Positions 1 through 13,067 of a stretch of 64,000 bases of DNA are shown here, one piece after another. The stretch is from Diadema antillarum. Its lineage: Eukaryota. Numbering within the stretch: the stretch's first letter is position 1; each line of letters opens with the position of its first letter. Below the pieces are notes generated by a model that was given only the letters and a program-made list of their open reading frames with translations, searched no databases and was not told where the DNA came from. The DNA lies in assembly GCF_040938485.1 (NCBI RefSeq), contig NW_027272223.1, positions 1 to 64,000 on the forward strand, written 5' to 3'. The position numbers were made by a program, and so were the translations under genes.

Positions 1-219
1 GTTCCTTTTTCGGACATGTTTGTTAAATTGTCGATCAGCAGTTGTGATCATTTGTAGGGGCAGACAAAATTTTCTTTTTGTTTGTTTGTTGTTTTAATTT
101 TTTTGTCTAATGACAGCAATAAAAGATCAGTGAAAGAAAATGGAATCAAATTGAAGAGACATAAAGAAACTTTGTACTCACGAGTTTAAGTATGTCAGTT
201 TCAGCAAAAACAGACTTAA

Positions 220-1134
220 AGGTCCTGTTAATCTTTGGGAGCAGTAACTTTAAAAAAAATGTTCAAGATATCACTTTTGATGCATAATTACGTGTAGGTC
301 ACTAGTATCACAAAACATCCTACCATATGAAATTTTGCAATAAAGCTTAAAATATAAGAAGATATCGCTATTTTTCTCATTAAACCATAACTGTATAGAC
401 GGTTAAATCTGCAGATGGAAACATTTTATAGTTGACAGTACTTAACATCGATTATACTGGTTCAATTTTTTTACATTGGTTGTTTCTATAGCTAACTCAC
501 ATTTCAGAAGTATTTTGAAGCACTAATGCTGGGTTTTTGTTTCATCTGCAAATACAGTCAAACCTGTCTATAGCGGCCACCCAAGGGATACGGAAAAAGT
601 GGCCGTTATAGACAGGTGGCCGCTATAGACAGGTAATCCAACTTTGTGTGCATTGCCTACATGTACATGTATCATCGTTGTATATACATGTACATTTATG
701 TGTGTACGTATGCACACGTGTGTATCATGCATAGAACAATGCCGGTGTTTATGAAATTGTTGCACAGTACACTAGATGTAGCATGTGCACAGTCATGAAT
801 TAGTGCATTGTTGTGACTGAATAAGTGATGAATGCAACGGTGGCGATCACTGAATGTTGCCCAGAAATGACTGGCACGGCTAAAAAGCAGAAAAACACCC
901 TGAATTATCAGCTCGGCTACGGCTCCATCGGGTTTTTGGCCGCTATAGACAGGTTAAAATCTACCGCGGGAAACAAAATTTGTGGCCGCTGGCCGCGTTA
1001 GACAGGTGGCCGCTATACACAGGGTCTTTAACATGGCTTTTCTCTCGGGGGGATTTTTCAGTGGCCGCTATAGACAGGTGGCCGCTATAGAGAGGTGGCC
1101 GCTAAGGCAGGTTTGACTGTAGTAAATTATGCCT
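220..1134. mobile_element. Kolobok-like non-autonomous DNA transposon, interrupted by a Tc1/pogo MITE
   Basis: TTAA (216-219) | AGGTCC ... TGCCT | TTAA (1135-1138). AGG...CCT termini with a TTAA duplication fit Kolobok. A second copy of the family without the nested MITE lies at 34520-34884. Confidence 0.65.
555..1119. mobile_element. Tc1/mariner (pogo/Tigger-type) MITE
   Basis: TIRs CAGTCAAACCTGTCTATAGCGGCCAC / GTGGCCGCTAAGGCAGGTTTGACTG with TA at 553-554 and 1120-1121, plus many subterminal GTGGCCGCTATAGACAG repeats. The empty site CTGCAAA-TA-GTGAATTATGCC is seen at about 34864-34883. Confidence 0.85.
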
Positions 1135-3095
1135 TTAACGGAACGTCTTTCAGTATGAGTGGTTATAATAAATCAGATATCGTATAATAGAATATAATAT
1201 CATGAATATGGTGGACCAATGATATTTAGAACGTATTGGAGACAGGGAAAGTAATATTGATATGAATGACATTGAAGTGCGAATCAAATTAGATGTACAT
1301 TGTATAGACGTCAAAGCTACATGAAAAAAAAAACCGACAATATGAATAGCTGTCACAAGGACGAAGAATTGAATAATTTCTGGGTTTTGACATTTAAAAC
1401 GAAACACTCCACTCTTGTTAAAGTTGAATAGGAAAAGATGCACAAGTTGAGTAGCATTGGTTTCATTTTACAATTTCAATTTTGACTTATTATTGTAACT
1501 TTTTAAATAATACAATATAAAAAACGAAAATACAACAATGATAACATAATGATTATACATAATTGCCAAAATTACAAAAAAGAATGATTTTTAAGGTACA
1601 AAGGGACGAGATAAAGTAGATTAGTGCGTTTTTTGTTCTTTCGTCATTAAAAAAAATATCATAGCTTGAAATTATTGATGCAGGTCATAATAAACAATGA
1701 TGATTTATGAGGCGACAGACTTTTCCTCATAACACAGCTTACATAAGAAAGACTGCATCTTCTCTATACGATTTGCAAGCAAAAGTGCAAAAAAGGGGGA
1801 AAGTGCAAATACAAAAACAATTTAAGAATGAATAGGCGGTGAAATATAGACAAAGAGATGATGTCATAATTCACAAGTCTCTAACTGGGTTATGCTTGCT
1901 ATGATTATCGTTACGTTAATATATAATTATTCAGCAACTATAAACCCATTCTTCACACCCAATAATCATTGCTGTATGAATCGTCATAATTCTAGGACGA
2001 TTTTATGTGCAAGAACATTCTTTTTAACTTCATCCACAACATTATGAGGGAACGTAGAAAAGATTCGGGTTGGAACCAATGGGAGACAGACGTATGAAGC
2101 TATTACACTTTTATCTCATCTACATTGCATTAATTTTGTGCCCGTGGCCGACGTTACTTTTGGGGGAAAACATGTGAAACTTTAAATCAAATATCCAGTA
2201 TGTCTCAGTCCACTTTCATTCAAATTCATGAGATTTTCAGCCTAGTTTTTTTTTTCTAACTGATTAACAAGATGCCCTGCATTGACGTCGATGCAGGGCA
2301 ATTTGTTATTCAGTTGCAATAAGAAACTTTCATTGTTGATTTTACTTGATTAACTTCAGTGAAAGTGTGATGTGAACATGGCAAAAGACGTTTTACTTGA
2401 AAAGTTAAACCTTTCGACCTCTACGCCTGTTTTCTTTCTGTATCTTTCGCTGATATATTCCATCATGCTTTAACTCCTTGTCTTCACATTTGATTAAACA
2501 TTTACCCCTTTGGGGTTGCGAGATCGACATTAAATGTAAGTATACTCAGTGCCGGTCCCGTGGACCTTTTTTTTTTTTTTGTCCCAGAGCTGAGCTCATG
2601 GGCTTTATTTACCTAGTTTTGAGCTCGAAGGTGTGCCCCCACCTCGTGGGATGATCCCTGCTTTGATCCCAATTTTGAATACGAGGATATGACATATTTT
2701 CCCTCCCCCCCCCAAAAAAAAAAGAAAGAAAAGAAAAGAAAAGAAAAGAAAAGAAAAAAAAGAAAAGAACTAATCTCTTGAAAGCGCAGTAATCTTGAAG
2801 AGGATATTACTATCCGAAAGAAGATAATCAATATGGTACTATAACCCAAGACCCCCCTTGGAAAGTTTAACTCCCTACAATCAATATGGCTCTATCTCTG
2901 TGTGCATGGTGCGCGTGGAATTCTTGTTTATTGGAGTAACGGATAAATACTTTTATATGAATACTCTTGATATTTATAAGGTGTGGTTTGTTTCTTAAAC
3001 TTCATTAATATTGGTATAGTCTACACCCAACATTGGTATATCATAGCGAAGAACTCTTTTCAGCAAAAGCCAAGATCCAAGACCGATTTAAGAGG

Positions 3096-6000
3096 ATGAA
3101 GTGTAAGTTAGAAGTCTGTGATGCTCTCCGTCTATGGTATCTGATGATTACTCTTCACCTAGTGTTCGCTCTTGTTCCAGGCGTGGATGCAGCTGTCGAG
3201 CAATACAGACGACAGGTCACATTGGAGGTGAGGGTACTTTGGTTTGATTTGATTTGATTGATTTGGTTTGATTTTCGATTTCTTCTCCAAAGTATTATAA
3301 AACTGAAATACGCATATAGATAAATCATTAAAGATAATACGAGAGGAATCAATCTAATTGTGTTTATTCACATAGTTAATAACATGTAAGCAAACTTCAC
3401 AATAATTGACTTGTGTCGGCGTATATACTTGGTTCTCGTCCTAACTCTACAGGTAACCATGCATGTGTAATATCTAAATTCAGTATCGTATTTTTAAAGA
3501 CCATAATATCTCGTTGGGCTATTGTATACAGCGTTCTGAATTCTAAATGGAATAAATTCACTATCATTCTGATATGTGTAATATACTCCAAACGCATTAA
3601 AATCTATAAGTTTCTGATCCTGTTTGTTGTAATAATTCCTCCACAATATGCCCTTGGTCAATGTGTGCCTCTCGAACGTCTAATTGTCTTTAACATCAAT
3701 AGCGCTCACTGAAGGGGCAAGCAATTTCAATTCATTTACACTTTCTTTTCTTCCAACATAAGGTCGCACATAATACAAAGTATACCCTATTTTTGAAAAA
3801 TTATACTGTTTAACCATTTTTTAAGAAGTACATGTCATAGAGTATGTTACAAAATGATGTATGAATGATTGTGATGATTATAATGATGAGAGGAACAATG
3901 CCTACTGTGCAATAGTGAAAAAAAAAGATAATAATGGAGAAGAGTAAATCTATACCTCTGTAAGACGTGGATCACTCGAAAAGCAATAGATGTCATGCCA
4001 ACGATTATCCAAAATGTATCTATGAACATTTAGTATAGGTTATACGCCAGTAATAACTGATAAAGGGTAATATAAAAGCATAATACTATTTAGAGCTGTT
4101 GGACAATACTTTTTCTTTCTTTTTTTTTAAGAACAGAGGAAATACATTATACCTAAAATGAGATAACAACGTTACTCCACAGACGCTATTCATTGAGCAG
4201 TGTGCACCATAAAATACATCGACAAAAATAATACTTGCACAGATTATAAGAACACACAGTTAAACACACATACCCCCCCCCAAAAAAAAAAACAGCAACA
4301 AACAAACAAACAAACAAAAAGCACTTATAAACACAAGACGCAATATTGTAACAAGAAGAAAGAACATTTTTATATCACAACACAACGAAGAACAACGTGA
4401 AAAAAAGTCAGGAGCAGAGAAGAAAGAAATTGTGGCTTGTGAACATCCCATTCCGTTGTCACGGAGATGCAACATAGTGTCGTCAGACACTGACCACTGA
4501 ACAATTTGACCAGTTGGTTGCACACACTCAGGCCAGAACTTCCAAAAAAGCTCGTGCCCCAATTTGACCTGCCTCCGCTCAGGTCAACGAAGCAATCCCG
4601 ATCTTTCCAAGCTCAGAAAGGTGATCATAAACAGTGCTCCCGTGAACGGCGTTTTGAATCAACGTTTCAAAACACTGATTCTGAACATAAACACACCCTT
4701 ACATAGACTGTAGTCAGATCTCGGTTGTGATAGATCTTTGTCCACCAAGTGGTCGTTCAAGTCCGTGAGTACACCTGTCAGACAGTGATCAAGATAAAAA
4801 GACCTCATTCCGGAATAGTTCCAGGACAATTACCCCCTGGACAAGAAATTACCCCATATCCTTCCTCTGACCCTAACCCTCTTAATCCCGATCCTGAACC
4901 TAATCCTGACCCTAACCCAAACCCTAATCATATATGATCCTGAACCTAATCCTGTTTTCATTGAGCCTGTGGTGGAAAATGTTCGCTTGCGACGGGTAAA
5001 AAAAGAAAAAAAAATGAACCGTTTGATTGCTCTATAATAGAGCCATGATGATATATATACTTATGGGAGGCCAAAGGAATTTATTAGAATATATCTTTCT
5101 CCTTTTTTTTTTGGGGGGGGGGGGGCTTATTTATTGAAACTTACATTTCAGATCGAATAACTTCAAGAACCTTATAGTAGATCATACCTGTACCAGAAAA
5201 AAGAAGCAAATTTTAAGAGATCATGTGTGCAAATATTAACGCTGTAAAGGCCTACATAGCCAAGTCATCAACAGGCTGACGATGGCTGGTTATCTTTTGC
5301 GAAAATCATTTTGCCATTAGTATAGTCTTGGTTTGAAATATGGAGATTTCATTATCGAGATCATTGTGACTCAAAATCTTAATGAATTGAAAGTATACAC
5401 TCGATACATTGCGCTATTACTATGCATGCAGTAGGTCGATTGAGGATCGATCTCGCGCGAGCAGTTGAGGAACTGCTTCATGTTGTCGAATCCAATTTGA
5501 AGGAGTACGCCCTCTTGAGTGCTGATTATTACAGTGATCGCAACGAAGATCGTTTTCATGGATACTGAGTATAAACTTTCACTTTCATACACAGATAAAA
5601 TGATCATGAACGATAATATGTTGTTTACAGAACCAGCGCATACGGTAAAGACTCCAGCTTTTCCGCTTGGTCGTTTTCTCAAAATCTCCCGCTTTAACGT
5701 TTAGCTTCCTCACAAAATATGAAAAGCGAATAGAAAAGTTTGCACGTATTATACGCAAACGCTCACTTTCATGTCAGATAAAGATAGTATACAAATGATG
5801 CACAGGATAGAGTGCGTTAGTGTAGGCGTAAAGTGCACTCGAGGGTATTTACAATTGTGAAACATGCACGAGGCGAAGCCGAGTGCATGTTGCACTATAC
5901 ATTGTAAATGCCCGAGAGTGAGCTACGCCTCCACTAACGCCACGAAATAATCCTGTGCATCATTTGTTTTATAAAATGGGTCGAAAATTCGAAAACTAAC

Positions 6001-9000
6001 AGCATTTGTCAACGTTTTTCACGTACCTTTGTGGGTCAAGACGTCCGAGGATGTTCGTCCCAAACATTTACGCACGTCGCACTCGGAAATCCCGCACATG
6101 TAAGTACTGTACGTGTAAGCGTACACGTACGCCACATGATTGTTGTGCACAAGAAAGGCCGGCTGCAGCCCGAACGAGAAGTTGTTTTATACAGGATTGA
6201 CAGCGCGTATGGTAGCGCGTGACGCACTTGTAACAACTGATTAAGTGCGCACTGCTAGTGTAAACATTGTGACGTCAGTGACTTTACGCCGTGCATGATA
6301 GTAAAAATTAATGCACGCACACGTGACTCATTTCAGCGCTTCCAATTGGCTACATTCTTGAACCCATTTTATAATAATGAATCACGAACACTCTAACATG
6401 GCCTGCATTTTTTTTTTTTTTTTTTGCGACACTCCGGGATAGTACACGCTATAAGACAAGCTGATTGAATGACTAAAAGAGGTTTGACATCCCGATTACT
6501 ATCGTGCTTCCATGCTACTGCAACAAATCATAATGTAAATGTCAGAAATAGAAGCAGCAATAGTAATGTTGATTACGAATGAAGGGATTTCCCCCCTGCG
6601 AAAAGACTAAGGTCACTTGTTTTCTTTTCTTTTCTTTTTTGTTTTTTGTTTTTGCTGTTACCTATACTGTCGGCAGAGCAATAACTTGTGAGCACAGCAT
6701 ATTGTCGATGAAGCAAATGTCGGCGAAAAAAAAATGGCGCGGAGCATTGTCGCGGGGCATATTTATTGCATTTTTCAAAGCAATTGTCGCCGGAGCATGA
6801 TTATGTCATTGAATCGCTACAGCACCTTCGCTGTCTTTCTTTATATTATCGGTCTTTTTTTCTGTTTCCGTCTCCTCTCTATCTTCAGGAATGCTCGGCT
6901 GGCTCCCCTGGTCCTCCTGGCCCACCGGGACCTCCCGGGGAGCAAGGCGAGCCAGGTGCCCCGAGCAGCGTGACCAAGAACTGGAGGCAGTGTTCGTGGT
7001 GGCAGATTAATGATGGTCAAGACTCCGGCCAAGTCAAGGTGAGGTGACCACAGCGTATGAAACTAATGGCGGGGGGCGGGGGTGCACAAAAAAAAGAAAA
7101 ATTAATAAAACGAAGTATTCGTTGTTGGATATAATGATTCAGACTTACACGTTCATCCATGGTAGTAAATGATACTAAGTAGTTTTGTTTTTTTGTTTCT
7201 TTTTGTCTATATTACTGAAAAGAGGGGGGAGGGGGGGCAGAGGGAGGGCAGAGAGGGCAGAGGAGGGCAAAGCGCGCATATAGGCACAGCCTACGCACGC
7301 AATGCACCCAGCGGCTCATCCGCAGTAAGAAATCTAGAGGTAATGGCCAATCCCAAGATGGTGAACGAGTAACACTTTGGTGACTTTAACACGCACATAT
7401 TATTATCGTTAGAAGCAGTAAGTTATGATCATAGTCCTTCGCAGTGATTTTTTTAACTATGTTTAATTCCTTATAGCTTTGTTTCTAAATGCTCTATAAA
7501 CATGACTTTTATACTTTTTTTCTTTCAAAAAGTTCCCACCGTGATGGGAGGGGGTTTATTCCCCCTCGCACACCCTCCCCCGCTCCCTCGCCGAGGATCT
7601 CACACTGTCACATAAATATGCCCCCGTTAGCAAAGTTATAATCATAGTCATAGTGATTTCTTACTATATGTTTAATTCCCTAGAAATTTGTTTATCAAAT
7701 GCTCTACAAACGCGACTTTTATTCTCTGCTTTTACAAAAACAATCAGCGCAGGAACAAAATGCAGGAGACCGCCATCTTAATTGGAAGCTTGATTTTGAT
7801 GACGGCCTCTGAGAATACAAATTTTTCGATGTCTATAGTTCGTGGGCTGCAAGACTCGTGAGTGTCGAGCTCGTGGGATGACCTTCAGGGGAAGGGATAT
7901 ATCCCTCCCCCTGGAGGTCATTTTGTGTCAGTTTGTGGTCGTCTTCTTCGTAAATTTCTGTCATTTTATTCATTTGAATTTCACAATTCAGCAATCTACT
8001 TGTCTTCGATAGTATTGGTTATGATTTTACGATAGTCTTTGAAAGCAGTCATACATTCCAGAAAATTTGCTGGCCCTTTCAAAAAAAAAAATATCTAGGA
8101 TGTAAATTTTGCTAGGCTTTTCAAACACTACAGATAAAAAGAGTGCCCCCCCAAAAAAAAAAAAATTAATTAATTAATTAATAAATAGATAAATAAATAA
8201 ATACATCGTAGACCTGCACATTCACTCTTCTTGATAATCACACATGTTAACGATACTATAATCTCCCCTGTTTTCTGAAAGAGGGAGGTCAAGTACTTTT
8301 TTTTTCATTATGCTAGAAAACTAAAATTTGCTGAATTCTCTTTAAACTTTCTTATATCGTTTTCCATACGTGACAACACGTTTAATGCTGTAGTCTTGTC
8401 GTCCAGCGATATTATGGCGGCACCAAAACTGTTGAAACTTTTGAACGGATCGTCCAATTTTCGTCAAACTTTACTGATGTGTATCAATATTGCTGCATTC
8501 ACTCAATCCATAGTTATATACTTGGGTTTTATTCTCCTTTATCACAGACATGTAGTTTCACGAAGGAGTATTCCGACACGTACCTTTACGTGGCTTGGTC
8601 CGGCAACCTCCGGGTCGCCACAAACAACCCGGCCTGCTGTCGGTGGTACTTCACTTTCAACAACGCGGAATGCTCCAACCCCAATCGGATTGAAGCTGTC
8701 ACGTACGCCGGTGGATACTCGAGCTACAACCTCCACCGTCCCCGAGTTTTGATGGGTGAGTTGCATTGTCAAAACACGTCAAAGCTGTACAGTAAAACTC
8801 CACCCCATGCTTAAAACAACGGAAGTTTCATAAAAATCTGGGAAAACACTCAGAAAATGACATAATTAATCGGTTTAAGTATGCTCTCCCAGAGCATTAA
8901 AACAGGTCGTAAGCCAGCTCGTAGAGTGTCTATACTTTGCGCATGAGTAGGGGAAAAAGTCATTTGTTCTAGTAGGCACGTTGGGTATTTAAAGTCACTG

Positions 9001-9984
9001 GGATAAGCATCTGTGATTATTCAAGTGATCCTTGTAAATGATGCTTACCAGCACATCCAAGTGACAGCAACAGAGTATTCAGTAAAGCCTGGTATTAATA
9101 GAAAAAAAATTATAATGTATTCAGTGCAAAACAAGTGTTAATTGACTTGCCGTTCTGGTAACCTGGGTCCCGTTTCATAAAACTTGTTATTAGTTACAAC
9201 CGCCACATTTCTCTGACAAATTTGCTCTCAGCCAATCAGATGCAAGGATTTCAGTAGCTTGCAACAACTATCGTAACTTGCTCATTCTTTCTTTGAACTT
9301 GAATTCCATAAATTGATACGTCGGGCAAGCTTAATTATATCATTTGTGTCGCTTTGAAATCGAATAAAGTGCCCAACAAACGGAGAATCGTTCGTTCTTT
9401 ACTGATATAAAGAACGATTACACAACATATTCCTACGCAAGCCAATGGGAGAAAAACTGATATGAGGTGATGTCACTTTTTTCTCCGAAGAAGAAAATAA
9501 TATTTCGTTGCTTTTTGTAATAGTTTTACCTTTCTCATCTTAAAGATATAGTAGACTTGAGTAGACTTTTCCTTTGACATTACCGAACGGTCAGAAATAA
9601 ACATTAGTTGACATGGGACAAAATAAGAAAGTTAATGCATTGCAAAGTTGTCATGATGATTATTTTAAGAAATAATGTAATCGGTGCACGGCAGTGGTAC
9701 CAATACTTGTAATTTAGATGATAAACATAAGATGATAAAACTACAAACAATATTATTTTTTGTTAGTTTCGCGGAGGTAAATATTTGTTTGTTTGTTTGT
9801 TTGTTTGTTTGTTTGTTTGTTTGTTTGTTTGTCAGGCTACTGTAAAGGAATCAGCTCCGGAAGCATCACCGTTGGGTTCTGGGTTGGAGCTTGCAGTGGT
9901 TATGGGAACTATGACTGCTACACCGGTTGGAACAGCGCGAGTCACATCATGATTGAAGAAGTCACGCCATCACCCTACGATTAG
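3096..9984 (+). CDS. CTHRC1: CTHRC1-like secreted collagen triple helix repeat-containing protein, copy 1 (212 aa)
   Basis: Exons 3096-3227, 6889-7038, 8548-8755, 9836-9984, all GT-AG with phases 0/0/1 and an open frame. Signal peptide MKCKLEVCDALRLWYLMITLHLVFALVPGVDA, 7 Gly-X-Y triplets, then NWRQCSW..TCSFTK..WSGNLRV..CCRWYFTFNNAECS..GYCKGI..WVGACS..TGWNSASHIMIEE. This matches the recalled CTHRC1 C-terminal domain (NYKQCSW..ECTFTK..FSGSLRL..CCQRWYFTFNGAECS..TGWNSVSRIIIEE). Confidence 0.92.
4860..4950. repeat. Degenerate CCTAAC/CCTGAC hexamer repeat inside a dispersed repeat family
   Basis: CCCTAACCCT..CCTGAACCTAATCCTGACCCTAACCCAAACCCTAAT; the same string recurs at 13903-13953. Confidence 0.6.
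5791..6374. mobile_element. Non-autonomous element with two adjacent inverted-repeat pairs (family uncertain)
   Basis: Perfect 17 bp IR at 5791-5807 / 5951-5967 and perfect 13 bp IR at 5969-5981 / 6362-6374. The segment is absent from the homologous position of copy 2 intron 1 (about 16960-16985). Confidence 0.55.
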
Positions 9985-10033
9985 ACAAACAAATAAACAA
10001 AAGAAAAACAACAACAAACAAACAGGAAAGATC

Positions 10034-10332
10034 AATTCAATTCAATTCATGCTTTATTTCATTTTTCGAAAAGAACATAAACATTTCACTTTCTTTGGTA
10101 ACAGAGAATAAGGTTGCATAGTCAAAACAAATAAATTGAGAAAAATATAATCGAGGAACCTTGGAATAAGAAATACGTTGTAATGAAAATTGACTGAAGT
10201 GATAAAGACGACATAATACGTAAGACATCGAAAAATGGAGGGACCCACTAAAAAGACAATGCTTGTAGAATGTGGGCCCCTCAAGTACAGAATGTCAATA
10301 GAAATTGACATGGGACAACAGAATGTCAATAG
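10034..10332 (-). mobile_element. 5'-truncated retroposon (LINE/SINE 3' end) in the 3' UTR of copy 1
   Basis: Flanked by AAGATC (10028-10033, 10333-10338). The minus strand ends AATAAAGCATGAATTGAATTGAATTG. It is absent from the aligned 3' UTR of copy 2. Confidence 0.6.
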
Positions 10333-13067
10333 AAGATCGAGAAAATATGAGATATTGTTCTGGTTGTTCATGCACAAGATAGGAACATGTTTATAATAGA
10401 TATAGCTGTTATGCAATGAATGTGTTATGTTATGAATTTAGTAAGATGTATACCCGTGAAAAGCAACAACAGTATTTTTTTTTTATTAAAGTACGTTCAG
10501 ACTAAAAAAGGCAACGAGACTTTTCAATGGTACTGATGCCATTGCTTCCCAACTCTCTAATCGGCGGATTATGCTTAAAGAATTATGCATTTTTCTTATT
10601 TATCCAAGCTGGTATTATCCCCTCCATTTTCCAAAATTTTCATTGCTGCATGAATCGTTACAACCCCGGGACTATTTGGGATACGCAGATAACATAGTAT
10701 TCTTCCTCCGTTCACATCAAGAAGCCATTGATGTCAGCATCTCAATATTGCATTCGTGCCTGTGGCCAAGAATGCTAATTGGGGAAACATGTAAAACTGT
10801 GAATCTTAACAGCTGTATATGAATGAAAATTTATCCGTTGTATTTGTTGATTATATTCAGATTGAATGGTTTTTTGGAAAGTCAGACATTTCGCACTGTA
10901 TATGTAAGACTGATCATTTTCTGCTTTTGGCTGATCCACTGCCGATATTTTACTGACTTGATTATCTAGCCCTCGTAGTCGCTCGCCTTTCAAATCAAAC
11001 CACGCATATTGTATGGTAATATAACAAGATAAAAGAAATCAGAGAACTTTGATGCAAACCAAACCAACAGGGAATGAGACTAGCACTGGTAATGAAGGGG
11101 AGGGGAGGGGGAGAGGTGTACACATTTCATGCACGGCTTTATTTTTGTCTGTCTATATGCAAGGAATTGTTGTCATTATCTCCGTCTATACACATACAAC
11201 ATCGTGCACCATGTACAAATCTCTCTATTCATTTATGAGTTCCTGAGAACTCAAATAAACAATCTATATATAATTGCCGGTCATATCCAATCGTTATATA
11301 GGACACAATGTTACGTACATTCCCTCAAATGAGCCTGCTTTCGGCCCGGATATAAATGAGTTTTCTTTCTTAAACGAATACAAATCCACTGAAAGCACGC
11401 AGTCGTTTTGAAGAAGACACGACATTGCGTCGTGACAGAAAGATAACACAAATCGATAAGGCAGTGTTACCCAGATGTAAAGTCTGACTCCTTTCAATCG
11501 ATAACTCTATGTGGCTATACAATGTCATAAGCTGTATAAATATTTTGCGATAGCCGTGTTTTTTAAGTGACGGATGTATGCTTGTATATAACTGATCTTT
11601 CTCGAGTCTAGTATCCTTCTATGTAGAACTTTATTTTTCCCTTTGGTATTCATGATATTATACGACCAACATTGGTATAGCTTATGAGCGAAGAACTTTT
11701 ATCAGCCAACAGTCAGGACCAAGATATAAAGGATGAAGTATAACTAAGAAGTCTGCGATGTGCTCCGTTTATGGTCTCTGGTCATCATTCTCCAAGTACT
11801 CTGCTCTCTTGTACCCGGCGTGAATGCAGCAGTCGAGCAATACAAACGACAAGTGGTATTGGAGGTAAGTGTTTAAGGATTTCATTTCATTTCTGACTAC
11901 TTTTCTGCAGAATACGAACTAACTTTTATAATGCATTTACATAATAATATTATAATCTAAGGTAAAAAAGATTAAACAAATTGAGCTTATTTCACTGGCA
12001 TGTGTTCACTCACAAAATAATAATATACAGAACAAAAGCAAACAATCTAATTCGTCTCCATATATCGGAGAAAAATACATCGTTGCAAAAGCTTAGTTTA
12101 TATCTCACATCTCGTGTATACTAATCGTCAAAAATAATACTTAAACAGATTATAAAAATGAACAGTAAACAAAAATGCACATGATAATTATTGACACAAG
12201 ACGCAATATTGTAGCAAGAAGAAAGAACACAGTGATATTAAAACGCAACGAAGAACAAGAAGAAGAGATAAGGATTCTTTATTTTTTTATGTTCGTTTGT
12301 TTTTCAGTTGCTAATTAAACCACTAAAGGTTTAATTCAAAATCACATACCTTGTATTTTTCAAAGGAGCCTTACAATACAAGCTCTGCTTCAACCAAGAC
12401 TACCTCATCTTTCTTTCCTCTCAAACTCTACTCTGCCACATTCTTGTATATTTTTGTTTAATTTCTGTACTATGTATATTGCTTTCTTTTGCAAGGATTT
12501 GTGTATTCTTTGTTGATACATCTTTAAGCAGACAAATAAATGAACTTGAACTTGAACTAGAAAATGAGAAGAGAAGAAAGAAATACTGTTTATACACACC
12601 CACTCTATCGCCATGGGGATAAAACGTAGCTGTCAAGCAAAGACGACTGAATAATCTGACTAGCTGGTTGCCACATACTATGGCCATCTCAGTTGTGATA
12701 TATATATATCTTGATTGTGGATGACAGGGATATCTACAAAGTGGTATTTCAAGTCCGTGAGTACACTTAGTGACTATGTCCGACAGTGGTCAAGATAAGA
12801 AGGCCTCACTGTGGAATGGTTCTATAGGACAATTCAATTACCCTATTCAATTCAATCAATCATAGTTTATTTCCAATCAACGAAAATCAAAAACATAGTA
12901 CAAAGTATACATGTCATGAAATAATATTGTTCAAACGTTTGCAAAAGATTCATGTAGTATACGAGATAAATTATAGAACAACATATAATTCATATACACA
13001 ACAATTAGGAGGAACAATGTATAGATACTTCGTGGGCGAGCGGAAAATAAATTCGATTATGGAATAT

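Noticed and set aside
4749-4937. ORFs encoding PNPDPNPNP repeats (also 13812-14087), resembling circumsporozoite-type repeats
   Set aside because: They are translations of a non-coding CCTAAC-type hexamer repeat inside introns, with no splice or domain context.
4860-4950. Interstitial telomere
   Set aside because: There are only isolated CCCTAA matches within a degenerate hexamer repeat, not a (TTAGGG)n tract.
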